In this document: positions 12,424 through 24,221 of the stretch, piece after piece
Layout of the letters: each line of letters opens with the position of its first letter
Numbering within the stretch: position 1 is the first letter of the stretch
From: Octopus sinensis
Taxonomy: Eukaryota
Length of the DNA stretch: 64,000 nt
Reading direction: 5' to 3'
Assembly (NCBI RefSeq): GCF_006345805.1
Contig: NC_043011.1
Span: 744,001-808,000 of the forward strand
Program-made: the position numbers and the translations under genes
Notes under the pieces: model-generated
What the model saw: the letters and a program-made list of their open reading frames with translations, nothing else
What the model was told of the DNA's origin: nothing
Databases searched by the model: none

Positions 12424-13710
12424 AAACCAAAGTCTTAGTAAATAGGAAAGCAGATAAATCACAAATCCTTTCAGACCGATGGACCTGCTTCATATGTAGG
12501 AAAGGCATAGGTAGAAACTCCATAAGTACCCAGTGCACGTTATGGACACGTAAAAGGTCCTGCAATCTCAGAAGAAGGTTTATAGGGAAAATAGATTTTG
12601 TGTGTGGCAAATGCGCAAGTACAATAAACACTAGAAATATGCAGAAAATAGACTCCATCAAATGCTAGTAGTCGATAGCTTTCATTATCTAAGTGACTAA
12701 GTCAGCAGTGGAGATAGATGCTTTGAGAGTATAGCTGCTAGAAAAAGAATAGGCTGGGCAAAGTTCAGAGAGTTTCTATGTTTGTTGGCAAAAAAGGCTT
12801 CTCCCTCAGAGCGAAAGGCAAATTGTATGATGCCCGTGTGTGAACAGCCATGCTACACAGCAGCAAAACATGGGCTGTGACTGTAGAGGACATGCAAAGG
12901 CTTTGAAAGAAATGAATTTAGTATGCTCTGCTGGATGTGCAGTGTCAGTGTGCACATACAATAGAGTGTAAGTATCTTGAGAGAAAAATTGGGCATAAGA
13001 AGCATCAGATGTGTACGCAAGAGAGGCAACTACACTGGTATGGTCATGTGATATATATAGATGAGGACAGCTGCATAAAGAAGCGCTGATCTCTAACTGT
13101 GAAGGGAACTGTGGAAGAGGTAGACCCAGGAAGACATGGAACAAGGTAGGGAAGCATGATCTTTTGAATGAAGGGTCTCATGGAGGCAATGACAAGTGAC
13201 CATGACATTTGGCGATTTAATGTGCTTGGGAAGATTTGTCGAGCCAAGTGAAATTGTAGTTGTGGCCAGTGCCATTGATATATAAACGCACCTGTGCCAG
13301 TAACACAAAGAAGCATCCATGCTGGTGACCTGTAAAAGCACCTGTGCTGGTGACTCGTGCAAGGCACCCAGTAAACTCTGTGGAGTGGTTGGCATTATCA
13401 AGGGCATCCAGCTGTAAGAACCAAGCCAAAATCAGACTACAATTTGGTGCAACTCTCTAGGTTACCAGTTCCAGTCAAACTGTCTAAGCCATGCCAGCAT
13501 GGAAAGCAGATGTTAAATGATGATGATGATTATGATGATCGTGCCAGTGGCACGTAAAAGCACCCACTACACTCTCGGAGTGGTTGGCATTAGGAAGGGC
13601 ATCCAACTGTAGAAACTCTGCCAGATCAGATTGGAGTTTGGTTCACCAGACCTCAGTCAAATCGTCCAACCCATGGAAAGTGGACGTTAAATGATGATGA
13701 TGATGATGAT
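12424..13710 (+). mobile_element. 5'-truncated degenerate RTE LINE with Cys-rich (PHD-like) segment and two tandem tails
   Basis: WTCFICRKGIGRNSI..QCTLWTRKRS...FVCGKC; later LHWYGHV and GRGRPRKTW; (GAT)n tails at ~13520 and ~13700. Confidence 0.8.
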
Positions 13711-14029
13711 ATATCCCAGAATGTGTCTACTAGAATATATTAATACACACTCTATAGAATACCTTACTTAACATGATTAATTAATCTCTTTAAAATGCTG
13801 TGGTAAGTGAAGTAGCATGGTTTAGTAAAAAGAAAAAGTGATACATCCAACTCTTTTTCAAAATAGTTCTTTTTTTAAATATTTCTCTTTAACTATCTAC
13901 TAAAATGAAAGGAATTCAAGTTGAAATATTATAAAACATATATATCTATTCTTCTAACATGTCATTCTTTTTAAAGAAATTAATATCTGAAGATATGAAT
14001 ATATTCTTTTGCATTTACTTCTCTTCAAA

Positions 14030-14300
14030 CTCTTTTCTGTTGCAGCTCATTGTATTGTCTATCATTCAGTAAACTTGCATGTGTCTTTAGCAAGGAAAGA
14101 TTTTGTGGGAATATGCTTCCAAAAGAAAATGGTCTCATCAGCTTCGAAAATCTGCTTGACATTATCGCTTTCTTTTTCTATGAGCCTTTAAAATTCTATT
14201 TTAAATTTTTATGCAGCATCTTTATTAGCGCTATCAGATTTATTTTGTATTCTCATATTGTGAAACCCAGATGATGTTGAAGTATTCAAATCACCCAGAG
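14030..14300 (-). pseudogene. pogo/Tigger transposase remnant (DDE region); N-terminal part probably 15978-16320
   Basis: Minus frame IFEADETIFFWKHIPTKSF matches the pogo IFNADETGLFWK motif. Confidence 0.7.
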
Positions 14301-14339
<39 letters not shown>

Positions 14340-14343
<4 letters not shown>

Positions 14344-14706
14344 AATAAGGATAAGATCGATATTTAAATACCGATCCTATCAGGTGGCCAGCATTGGAAT
14401 AAAAACCTTTCAAAGGTAACAATTATTTAAAATTATAATATAGGGTATCTAAGAGCTACCACCACGCTGGAAATAGCAGTCAAAACTTGACTCTAAAATC
14501 ATATTAAATGTTCATACAGCACCAGGAGAGAAGACAAAGAGACAAAATAAACTAGCAAAAAATTACTAAATTATCCAGTAATTTTTTGCTAGGTTATTTT
14601 GTCTCTTTGTCTTCTCTCCTGGTGCTGTATGAACATTTAATATGGTTTTAGAGTCAAGTTTTGACTGCTATTTCCAGCATGGTGGTATCTCTTAAATACC
14701 CTATAT
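14340..14706. mobile_element. Fold-back element between (TA)n tracts (arms 14438-14566 / 14578-14706)
   Basis: ~130-bp arms, reverse-complementary with few mismatches; ~11-nt spacer. Confidence 0.85.
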
Positions 14707-14717
14707 ATATATATATA

Positions 14718-15504
14718 TTCTTAATAATTGGTACGACTCTCTGTTTGTCTCTCTCTCTCTCTCATTTTTACTTGATCTGTCCCCCCCTCTCTCTCTTTTC
14801 TCTCTATTCATCTTCTCTTTCCTCTGATCCTTTGGTCTAGTCTTCCACTACCCTCCTATTTCTTTGTCTCGCTCTGCACTCACAGGTCATTCTTCGACAC
14901 CCATCCCTTCTCCTCTCTGATTCCTTCTTTCTCTCTCTTCTCTCTCTTTGTTGCGTTTTGTCCCCCTTTTCTCTCTCTCTCTTCCTTTGCTTCTCTTTCT
15001 TTTCTTTTCCCTCTTCTCTGTCACGTGACTGTTGGCCGAAATCTGCCTTTCAGCTCCTGACCCTCGTCGTGTTAACATCGTTGTTTTTCGTCCGCCGCTA
15101 TAAAGGCTTTTTCCAATGCGCCAGAGAAAAAATTTGTTTGCTTGTTATCAGTCGTAAGACACTTGTTGTTTTCACCGTTAATGCTTCTGTATTTCATGTT
15201 TCTGTATTCCATTATTGTTTTTTGTTTTTTTTATATCTGTCCCTTTTGCTGTCCTGGTGTTCGTATGCATTCGATCCTTCTTCCAGGAAATCTACGCTTC
15301 CAGCTTAGTTTTTCTAATGCTCGTTGCTTAGTTTTTCTTGGAGGGCTGGCCGTGATCTAGTAATCTCAAGATTAATCAGCCGAAATTACTACGATGATCC
15401 GGTTCTTGACTGAAGACTGAGGGGTTCGAATGTCCTGTCCATGTTTATTGTATCGTCTTCTAAGAGTTATACGTTCTTGTCCATGTTGTATTTTTCTACA
15501 TACC

Positions 15505-15508
<4 letters not shown>
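14718..15508. mobile_element. Unclassified CT-rich insertion between (TA)n tracts
   Basis: CpG-richer than flanks, bounded by TA arrays inside the pogo remnant; no recognisable ORF. Confidence 0.4.
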
Positions 15509-15536
<28 letters not shown>

Positions 15537-15538
<2 letters not shown>

Positions 15539-15845
15539 GGAGTAAACACATAAATGTGAAACAAGGTGGAAAAAAGAGTACTCAAATACCAATGGTAGAG
15601 TAATATGTTTTATTTAAAGCAGTGGAAAATTCAACAAAACCTGTTACTTTGAGTTTCACGTTCCCGTTCGTTGGACAGTATTTTTGTTTGTTTTTTAACA
15701 AAAACTGTCCGATGAACGGGGACGTGAAACTCAGAGTAACAGGTTTTGTTGAATTTTCCGCTGCTTTAAATAAAGCATATTACTCTACCACTGGTATTTG
15801 AGTACTCTTTTCCCACATTGTTTCACATTTATGTGTTTACTCCGG
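15537..15845. mobile_element. Fold-back element (inverted PLE pLTR-like pair) between (TA)n tracts
   Basis: CCGGAGTAAACACATAAATGTGAAACAA... / ...TTGTTTCACATTTATGTGTTTACTCCGG; ~140-bp arms, each with a hammerhead motif. Confidence 0.88.
15697..15750 (+). ncRNA. Minimal type I hammerhead ribozyme
   Basis: Stem I AACAAAAACTGT/ACAGGTTTTGTT; core CCGATGA; stem II ACG-ggga-CGT; GAA; stem III ACTC-a-GAGT; cleavage triplet GUA (after 15738). Confidence 0.75.
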
Positions 15846-15852
15846 TATATGT

Positions 15853-15898
<46 letters not shown>

Positions 15899-16726
15899 AT
15901 ATATATATATATGTATATATGTATATATATATATATGTATGTATATATATGTATTTATAAATATGTATATATATTATACTTCTGCTTCATTGTCTCATTT
16001 CAAGGTAGAAATGTCCAAAGTTTTTATTTATATGCTTCAGGTGCTTAAGGAATTGTGGTTTTGATTATAGGTTTCAATCCATATGAGTTATAAGTGTTCA
16101 ATTTCATTTCGTTTTCTGACTTCAAATGAGATGAAGCCATCTGATCTTTTAACTTATGATCTTCAGCTTGTTTTGAAATGGCACATGCAGTCCAAAATGA
16201 ACAGGTGATCTTTGACTTACTATTACTATTACTATAACTTTCAATTGTTTCAAGGCTCTTCACCACAATAAAAGTTTCTTGCCTGTTCTTTCAATGTAGA
16301 TTTCCTCGCTTTCATTTTCCCTCTTATTCATTGCTAAATGGCAAAAATATTCTTAATAAAAAAGAAAAGTAAGCAGTATTATTAAAAGTAAAAAGCTGAA
16401 ACAATGAGGCCTTCTACTGCTGGTTGCCAACATTTCCTGTAGCAACAGAATATGACTACTATTAGATTAAATTTCTTTTTCATATAGAATTAGGTTGTAT
16501 GAAATTTATTGTGTGTTGAATAAAAACAGATTGCAATTTATAAACAGTAAACTTGAAAAAGTTGGTTAATCAGATCACTATTAAACAAAGGGGTTTTGTA
16601 TATACAGATATAGTGTGTGTATGTATGTGTGTGTATGTATATGTATATGTATATAAGTAGATAAATGGTACAACAAGGCACCAATATTTACTGCAAAATA
16701 GCAGTCGATATAAATACGGTTGTATA

Positions 16727-17000
16727 CTCTTTACTCTTTTACTCTTTTACTTGTTTCAGTCATTTGACTGTGGCCATGCTGGAGCACCACCTTTAATCGA
16801 GCAACTCGACCCCGGGACTTATTCTTTTGTAAACCCAGTACTTATTCTATCGGTCTATTTTGCCGAACCGCTAAGTTACGGGGACATAAACACACCAGCA
16901 TCGGTTATCAAGCAATGCTAGGGGGACAAAGACAGACACACAAACACACACATGCATATATATACATATATATATACATATATACGACGGGCTTCTTTTT
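16727..17000 (-). mobile_element. SINE family of 7521, 3' half
   Basis: Reverse complement of 7665-7925. Confidence 0.85.
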
Positions 17001-17620
17001 GCCATCTCATGCATCTGAATCTGTACATATATATATTGCCATATTGAATGGGATATTTTACTTTTGGTATGGAATAGATAGCAAGAACTAAGTCTAAATA
17101 TAGAGGTGTGTCCATGTTTTTGTACTTAAGATCAATTGTAATAGTCTCATTTCTTCAATTATCAATATTTCCAGGAATATTCCCTTACATTAATTTCCAT
17201 CGGTTTGTGAATATTATTAATTAATTTAGGGAATCTTGTAAGGTCTCTCATATTTCTATTTCAAAATATGAAACAGTTACCCAGGAAGTTATACTAATTT
17301 TCTTTTAAATGAAATTGAAAATGTTGACAAAATAATCCCTGATTGGACACAAATTGTTTTTCTTCTAAAATTCAATAATTAGTGCTGTTAAAGTGGGTGA
17401 AACTGTTGTGCCCATTGCTGTCTGGTTTATTTGTAGGTAAAGTTGATTTTCAAAAAAGAAGTAGTTGTTTTCTAACACTAATCATTCAAGCATGTATTCT
17501 TTAGAGAATCTCTCTTGAATTATGTGTGAATTTATCCTGAATTTTCCTGCTTCAGGTCCTAATCCAGTGGAGATATATATATGAATAAGCTGGTTTCATC
17601 AAAACTAATTAGTATTTACC
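17000..17620 (-). pseudogene. Penelope-like element reverse transcriptase remnant
   Basis: VLENNYFFFENQLYLQINQTAMGTTVSP (PLE Q..GTAMG motif) and DLKYKNMDTPLYLD (cf. DIYYKPTD..YL); many stops. Confidence 0.8.
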
Positions 17621-18107
17621 TTTCTGAAATTAAAGATTTTACAGTTTTTTAAATATAATTGTTGAATTTTAGTTTTCAGAAAATTCTTTCTTAAATATTT
17701 GACTATATGAACAAATTTATATAATCTGTGTGTGAGTGTGTACATGTATGCATGTGTGCGTGTGTGCATGCATATGTTTGTGCGTGTGTGTGTGCATATA
17801 TGCACTGCATAGCAGCTTTCTGACCTTGTTAAGCCTAAGAGCCTGTACTATCCTAGGTAATTAAAATGAATTTTTACAGGTTTGTATCAACAAATACGAA
17901 CCTTAATGTGGACCAAAAAACCATATTGAACACAATTGGGGAACTCACCTCATCAGCTACCTCTTGAATATCAAAGTAATTTCTACACCTAAAGGCAGGA
18001 TCATTATTTCCTGTAGGTGAACAGTCTTAGAAAATATAGTCTTATAATATCTGGAATACACAAACAAAATGCTTGTGCCTGAACTACAAATCACAAAACT
18101 ATAAATG

Positions 18108-18335
18108 TTAACCCTTTTGTTACCAACCCAGCTGAAACCGATTCTGGCTCTGTCGTACAAATGTCTTGTTTTCATAAGTTTTGAATTAAATTCTTCCACC
18201 AAACCTTAGTCACAATTTATGTTCCTAACACAAGCTGAATGATAACTGAGTTATTTTACTAAATTCTTTGCTATACTGCAAGTAATTGAAAGAAACACAT
18301 AGCATCTCAAAATAAATACAGTAATGAAAGGTTAA
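18108..18335. mobile_element. piggyBac-like MITE
   Basis: TTAA|CCCTTT...AAAGG|TTAA; reverse-oriented second copy at 45993-46215. Confidence 0.7.
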
Positions 18336-19051
18336 ACACCAATATATAGAACAAAATAAAACTTATAAATGATTAATAATTACTAAATCAACTTATATAA
18401 AACATACAAATAATTAATTATAATTAGTAAATCAAATTATATGACAAACTCAAAAGTTGTTATAAATACTAATATATAAGATGAATACTAAAACCAATTA
18501 ATGAATAAAACCTAAGAACTTATACGAATAAGTTAAATAGTAATAAATAATGTATTAAGAGACATACTTTGATTCAACTGAAGGCAACATGAATGATCAG
18601 CAGAGCCAAATTTTATTTGTCTACTTCCTTCAAGCATTTGCATATACAAGAAAGACTATTCTTTGAGCCAGAACTTATACTTCCAAAGTGGAATTTTGCA
18701 TCATTAACCAATGAAATGGGAAGAGAAAAGCAACCCATGGATAACCAGAGATTTACAACCCAAACATGCATTCTTGAATTAACATCATTAAACCAAACAT
18801 TCGTTTGTTCGTTATTGAAATGCCTGTTTTTTTCCCCATGCTAACATGTTATGTAGGAAGATATGTGAGACAGAATCTTACAGCAGGAAGATCATCCTGT
18901 TGCCAACACAATACGAGTATGTTGAGTGTTTTTCTCTTCTCTGTATATCCAAAGACACGTGCATGCAAATCCACACATCTGTGTATGTCTGTGTGCATAT
19001 ATATGTATGAATATCATATATGTATATCATATATATATATATATATATATA

Positions 19052-19639
19052 TGTAAGGAATATGTGAATATCTCCTCTTGCACTTTTGGGGTGCAAGTTG
19101 GTGCAATCACTTTCCGTTGCTTTTATATCCAGACTCTACCAGTCAAAGAAACACAAAACGCAGACGTAAAAAATAGATATACTTTATTGTTTTATACCGG
19201 TGAGAAATCAGTGGTATATCTGATGTCCTTGGTTCTGGGCGCGCAAGGCTGAAAGTTAATCGATTGTAATATTTACAATGTTCAGCCGCTAAAAACAGAA
19301 CGGGTCAAAATGGCGTCCGGAGGAAGAAGATGATGTCTGCAACAATTCAGGTTAAAAGTCTTCGGCCAAAAGACTGCTGCTATCAAAACCGGAGAGAGAG
19401 CGAATTAAACGTCTGCTTTGGTGAAATGCCTGCCGCTGTCTGTCGGACGCTAATGGTCAACGCTTTATGCTCCCTTGCCTCTTTGTTAAGGCTCACGCTC
19501 CCTTGCCTCTTTGTTAAGGCTCGCGCTCCCTTGCTAAGGCCACGTCAGCTAAGGCCACGTCAGCAAAATTCCCTCTTTCGGACTTCGTGTATTCGCGAGA
19601 GGGCGTTGCGCGCGCGCGCTGTTGTATAGGATCACTACA
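19052..19639 (-). repeat. 3' LTR (588 bp)
   Basis: Matches 24222-24823 except 2 substitutions seen by eye and a 14-bp indel. Preceded on the minus strand by the polypurine tract; AATAAA at ~19183-19188 (minus). Confidence 0.95.
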
Positions 19640-19651
19640 AAGCTCCCCTCC
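19640..19651 (-). other. Polypurine tract
   Basis: GGAGGGGAGCTT immediately before the TGTAGTG start of the 3' LTR. Confidence 0.85.
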
Positions 19652-19854
19652 AGTGCCTAAGCACGAACAACAATTCCTTGTAGTGACCATAAAACTCAAG
19701 GTGGACACCAGATAACCAAAAATAGCACACAATATAATACATTAAACAGCAAAAAAAAAAAAAATTCACCTTAAAGGTAAAAAAAGAGAAAAATACTCAA
19801 AATGAGCAAAGTTCAATGAGTACTGAACTGTCACTGGGAAGTCAATTGAAAATG

Positions 19855-22800
19855 TCAAATATAAATAGTTTTGGAAAGTTTTTTCGGCCAGTGAACAGTT
19901 CTGCCTGACCTCGTAACATAAGGTCTGTTCGAGGCAGGCTGCGACGACGAAGGTGGTGTTGTCGATGTTGGTGTTGATAATGGTGCATGTGTAAATAGTG
20001 GTGTTGTCAAAGGTGCATGTGAAGGTTCAACGATGGTTGTGGCAGTGGGGTCATTAAAAGATGTGGACACCTCAAAATATGCCCTTTTAAGACGATCTAC
20101 GGAGACGGTCTCCGAACGACCGTTAATTTCAAGTTTGAATACCTTCGGCGTGCGAGAAATCACACGAAAAGGTCCTTTATAAGGAGAAACAAGAGGTCCT
20201 TTGACAGAATCATCACGAATAAAAACATGCGTCCAAGAATTAAGGTCTGATGGCACACTAGAAGGAGGATTTTGGTGTCGAGGATCCATAGGAGGAAGGG
20301 CAGAAAAATATCTGCGTAATCGAGCAACATAAGACTCTAAATTAAGAGACTGTGACTTGTCTGGCACCAACATCGTACCAGGCAATGCCAGTGTGGTACC
20401 ATACAAGAGCTCGGCAGACGAAAAACCAAGGTCTGCTTTAATCGCAGTCCGACATCCAAGCAGGACGATCGGTAGAAATTCAGTCCATGACTGTGGATTC
20501 GGCGAGGCACGCAAAGCGGCCTTAAGTTGCCTATGGAAACGCTCCACCATCCCATTAGAAGCGGGGTGGTAACTTGTGGTGCGTATATGATGCATCCCCA
20601 GGATTCGTGATAACTCACGAAACAATGCAGACTCAAATTGTCGACCACGATCTGTGGTTAAACTGTACGGTACACCATACCTCGAAATCCAATTAGATAC
20701 GAAAGCCCTCGCAACAGTTTCAGCTGAAATGTCTGCTATAGGAATAGCTTCCGGCCAGCGTGAAAAACGATCAATACAAGTTAAAATGTATGAGAACCCG
20801 CGACTCACAGGCCATGGTCCAACCAAATCAAGGTGGATATGGCGAAAACGGGCTTCAGGAGAGGAAAATTGTCCAAGTGGAGCACGAACGTGTCTATAGA
20901 CTTTAGCACTCTGGCACCTCAAACAAGAGCGTGCCCAAGAGGTAATTGATCGTCGCATATTGGGCCAGAAGAACCGAGCAGTAACAAGCTTTACTGTGGC
21001 AGAGATACCTGGATGTGACAGTGAATGAAGAGCATCAAACACGGAACGTTGATGTTTCTCAGGTACTAATGGTCTAGGTGAACCGGTAGAAACGTCACAA
21101 AGAATAGAGCCTTCCGCTGTAGGGAGCGGAAGGTAGTTAAACTTACAGTTAATAAACTTAGGCGAAGTTAAATCCAACTCCTCTAAAGGTGGTTGATCCT
21201 GCGAAATAGCAGTTAAATCAATTGCTGCAGGAGAGGAAATGGAATTGACAGGGAGTCTAGAGAGAGCATCTGCAGGGACGTTCTCACTGCCTGGCACATG
21301 CCGAATGTCACTTGTAAATTGAGAAATATAGTCCAGGTGACGGAAAGCACGAGGAGAGAGTTTATCCGTTTTAGAAGATAATGCAAAAGTAAGGGGCTTG
21401 TGATCAGTATAAATCACAAACTCTCGTCCCTCGAGCTGGTGTTGAAAATGCCGAACTGACAGATAGATCGCTAGTAACTCTCGATCAAAGGTACTATATC
21501 TGCGTTCAGCTGGCTTTAGCTGACAAGAAAAGAAAGCTAAAGGTTTAACTTCACTCTCTACGGTGTGCTGCAAAACAGCGCCAATTGCAGACTCTGATGC
21601 GTCCACAGATAAAGTAAGTGGAGCATTAGGAGCCGGATGTGCCAAAATAGGGACTGAAGCTAGTTCCTTTTTAACCAACTCAAAGGCAGACAGTGCTTCA
21701 GCCGAAAGAGTAAGACGGGCGTCCTTCTTGGAATTGCCCTTTAGCATTTGTGTTAAAGGTAACAACTTGTCCGCACACCGATCTATGAAACGTCTATAGA
21801 AATTTACTATGCCTAAAAAATGGCGAAGTTGACGCAAAGAAGAAGGTGGTGCGATGCGCTGAGTAGCATCGACTTTGGATGAGAGTGGTTTGATTCCTCT
21901 CGAGTCAATATAATGACCGAGAAAATTAAGAGATGGTTGCCCAAAAACACACTTGTCTGGATTAATGCGAACACCATAGTCGTGAAGACGCTGAAAAAGC
22001 TGAGACAAGTGCAGGAGATGATTTTCATGCATATCACTTGCGATTAGAATGTCATCGACATACGCGAACACAAAATCCAGTCCGCGAACAACTTCATCTA
22101 TAAACCGTTGGAAAGTACTAGTGGCATTCCTCAAACCAAAACTCATAAATAAAAATTCGAAACAGCCAAAAGGAGTAGTAATTGCTGTTTTAGGAATATC
22201 GTCTGAGTTGACCGGTATTTGATGGTAGGCACGTATCAGGTCAACCTTAGAAAAAATAGTACAGCCATGTAAATTTGCCGAAAAATCGTTTAAAATCCTT
22301 ATGGGATATTTGTCCGGAATCGTTACCGCATTTAGACGCCGATAATCTCCCACCGGGCGAAAATCTGTATCCCCTTTTCTTACTAAATGAAGGGGAGATG
22401 CCCATGGACTGGTGGAGGGGCGTATCAGACCGAGCTGGAGCATATGCTCAAACTCAGCCCTAGCAGTTTTAAGTCGATCAGGTGCAAGACGCCTTGGACG
22501 TGAAAAAACAGGAGGTCCAGTTGTTGTTATAAAGTGTCGTGTCGAATGCAATGGCTTAGCCACCCTAAAGGTAACATCATATAGCTCTGGAAAAGAAGCT
22601 AAAAGAGAGTGAAAGACATCTCCAGATGTACCGACAAAAAATGTCGGGCTAAGAGCTAAATTGGTAGATTCTCCGGTCGGCGTGGAGAGTGTAGTCGAAC
22701 TATCGACCAACCTCCGACGTCTGACATCTACCAACAAATCAAATTTATCCAGAAAATCCGCACCTAAAATAGGATGCGGAATGTCGGCAATGACAAAAAC

Positions 22801-23067
22801 CCATTGAAAGTCTCGTCGAAGACCAATATCAAGGCGCAACGACATCTGACCGAATGTGGCTATTGGTGACGAGTCAATAGCGTGCAAGATGACGTTAGAT
22901 CGCTTTGGCCTGTCAGTTGTGCAACGCAGAGGCCAAATACTGCAACAAGAACCAGTGTCCACCATGAAGTTTTTCTTCGACACTAGATCTTTAACAAAGA
23001 ATGCACGATGACCAGAAAATGTTGTGGAGGAAGTTGACGTGCTCAAATTCTCCGAATCTAGTTTAAA
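19855..23067 (-). CDS. pol: Pol polyprotein (protease-RT-RNaseH-integrase), probably made as Gag-Pol by -1 frameshift
   Basis: 1063-aa open frame. Protease FMVDTGS and ILGADFL; RT SPWASP, DYRRLN, YVDD; RNase H DAS and TDHKPL; integrase H..H..C..C, DLVGP, TDRG, GMVERFH; GPF module. Confidence 0.95.
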   Translation of the reverse strand, partial: FKLDSENLSTSTSSTTFSGHRAFFVKDLVSKKNFMVDTGSCCSIWPLRCTTDRPKRSNVILHAIDSSPIATFGQMSLRLDIGLRRDFQWVFVIADIPHPILGADFLDKFDLLVDVRRRRLVDSSTTLSTPTGESTNLALSPTFFVGTSGDVFHSLLASFPELYDVTFRVAKPLHSTRHFITTTGPPVFSRPRRLAPDRLKTARAEFEHMLQLGLIRPSTSPWASPLHLVRKGDTDFRPVGDYRRLNAVTIPDKYPIRILNDFSANLHGCTIFSKVDLIRAYHQIPVNSDDIPKTAITTPFGCFEFLFMSFGLRNATSTFQRFIDEVVRGLDFVFAYVDDILIASDMHENHLLHLSQLFQRLHDYGVRINPDKCVFGQPSLNFLGHYIDSRGIKPLSSKVDATQRIAPPSSLRQLRHFLGIVNFYRRFIDRCADKLLPLTQMLKGNSKKDARLTLSAEALSAFELVKKELASVPILAHPAPNAPLTLSVDASESAIGAVLQHTVESEVKPLAFFSCQLKPAERRYSTFDRELLAIYLSVRHFQHQLEGREFVIYTDHKPLTFALSSKTDKLSPRAFRHLDYISQFTSDIRHVPGSENVPADALSRLPVNSISSPAAIDLTAISQDQPPLEELDLTSPKFINCKFNYLPLPTAEGSILCDVSTGSPRPLVPEKHQRSVFDALHSLSHPGISATVKLVTARFFWPNMRRSITSWARSCLRCQSAKVYRHVRAPLGQFSSPEARFRHIHLDLVGPWPVSRGFSYILTCIDRFSRWPEAIPIADISAETVARAFVSNWISRYGVPYSLTTDRGRQFESALFRELSRILGMHHIRTTSYHPASNGMVERFHRQLKAALRASPNPQSWTEFLPIVLLGCRTAIKADLGFSSAELLYGTTLALPGTMLVPDKSQSLNLESYVARLRRYFSALPPMDPRHQNPPSSVPSDLNSWTHVFIRDDSVKGPLVSPYKGPFRVISRTPKVFKLEINGRSETVSVDRLKRAYFEVSTSFNDPTATTIVEPSHAPLTTPLFTHAPLSTPTSTTPPSSSQPASNRPYVTRSGRTVHWPKKLSKTIYI

Positions 23068-23776
23068 GACTTATAAGTGCATGGCTGTGTGCACCTATGT
23101 GCATTCTCTCCATACTTGGAGTGGTACCAACACAATCCAGACTTAGACTGTTTTGATCTCGAGTATGAACGACTGCGACTTCGCGATTTTGAAGATCGCT
23201 TACCATCGCGTCTATCCTTTTAGTGAGGGTTTCTATTAGTTTAGAAAGCCCCTCAATTGAGGCCGAAGAGGTCTGTAAACAGGCACAAGCAGACAGTGAC
23301 GATGGTTGAACGGCAAATTCAACCATCTTATCAGCCATCGTTGCTATTTGGTCCACTGTATTTGTCTCTAAGCCGGTTGCCAAAACGGTCTGTATATAGG
23401 CGGGCAACCTCGAAAAAAAGATCTTCCGAAGGAGGGGGGCGTCTGATGCATTACCACTTAACTCCCTCAGTCTTCGTAAAAATTCTGACGGAGTTCTGTC
23501 CCCTAGTTGCTCATCTGCCATTAACTCGTTGAAACGACTTTCCTCGCTTCGTGTATTTCTTTTTTCAACCTCTAATTTAACAGACGCATAAGTAGCGCCT
23601 GGACTAGGGTCTGTAATAAGGTCCCTTGCTGAAGATGCCAGTTGCGGCGGCATGCAACCATAAAGGATTTGCAACTGCTGCTCGGGAGTAATACTTTGTG
23701 CACGAAATTGTGCCTCTAACTGTGAAAACCACAGTGTGGCATCACCTGTGAAAGTAGGTAACGAACCCATAAACAT
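23058..23776 (-). CDS. gag: Gag; C-terminal RS-rich/CHCC segment is in a different frame (apparent frameshift ~23190-23220)
   Basis: N-terminal ORF has [26 protein letters not shown] and FFSRLP. The -1 frame gives [33 protein letters not shown] ending at TAG 23058-23060. Confidence 0.85.
23061..23067 (-). promoter_or_regulatory. -1 ribosomal frameshift slippery heptamer U UUA AAC
   Basis: TCT TTA AAC TAG ends the CHCC frame; the -1 frame TTT AAA CTA GAT TCG GAG AAT TTG AGC runs into pol. Confidence 0.8.
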
Positions 23777-24210
23777 TTTGTAGCCTTTTATTCACTAGAT
23801 GACTCTGTCAAATGGAAAAAAGAAAACTGACAACGAACCAACGCTGAACAGACGCAACAAGGAAAAACAAAGGGAAAAAAGAAAGGAAGAAAGAAAGACC
23901 AACAATTGAACCAATAAATTTTGAATGTGCAATTTACAAAAAAAAATGTTTTTTCTTTGGGTTTTTTTTTTGTTTGTACTGTGTGCACGGAGAATAGAAA
24001 AAAAATTCTTTTCTTTTTTTTGTTTTTACCAACCTTCGTCGCGTTTTAATCGAGAAAAAAATTTCTTCTCTTTTTTTAATTTTCTCTTCCGTGCGTGAGT
24101 GCAGATGAAGAAACAAACTGTTGAAAGGGACTGGAAAACAGGTTGGTCGTGTTTCAGACTTGGCAGAAAAACTGGATGTTTTCTTTTTGTTGAGTGTTCT
24201 CTGGAACTTT

Positions 24211-24220
24211 GGGGTCACCA
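24211..24220 (-). other. Primer binding site complementary to tRNA-Trp 3' end
   Basis: TGGTGACCCC 1 nt after the 5' LTR; matches the tRNA-Trp 3' end (GGGGTCACCA), the primer typical of the CsRn1 clade. Confidence 0.85.
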
Positions 24221-24221
24221 C

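Noticed and set aside
15405-15445. CTGAAGA...TTCGAAT hammerhead-like trace
   Set aside because: No convincing stem II or III and no GAAA.
17949-18025. Possible minus-strand exon (CSPTGNNDPAFRCRNYFDIQEVADE followed by GTGAG)
   Set aside because: No recognisable homology or partner exons; cannot be supported without transcripts.
18750-18780. CCAGAGA...CCAAACATGCA faint hammerhead echo in the palindrome arm
   Set aside because: Too many core mismatches to call.
20337-22612. Short antisense and alternative-frame ORFs within pol
   Set aside because: Expected by-products of a long GC-richer coding region.
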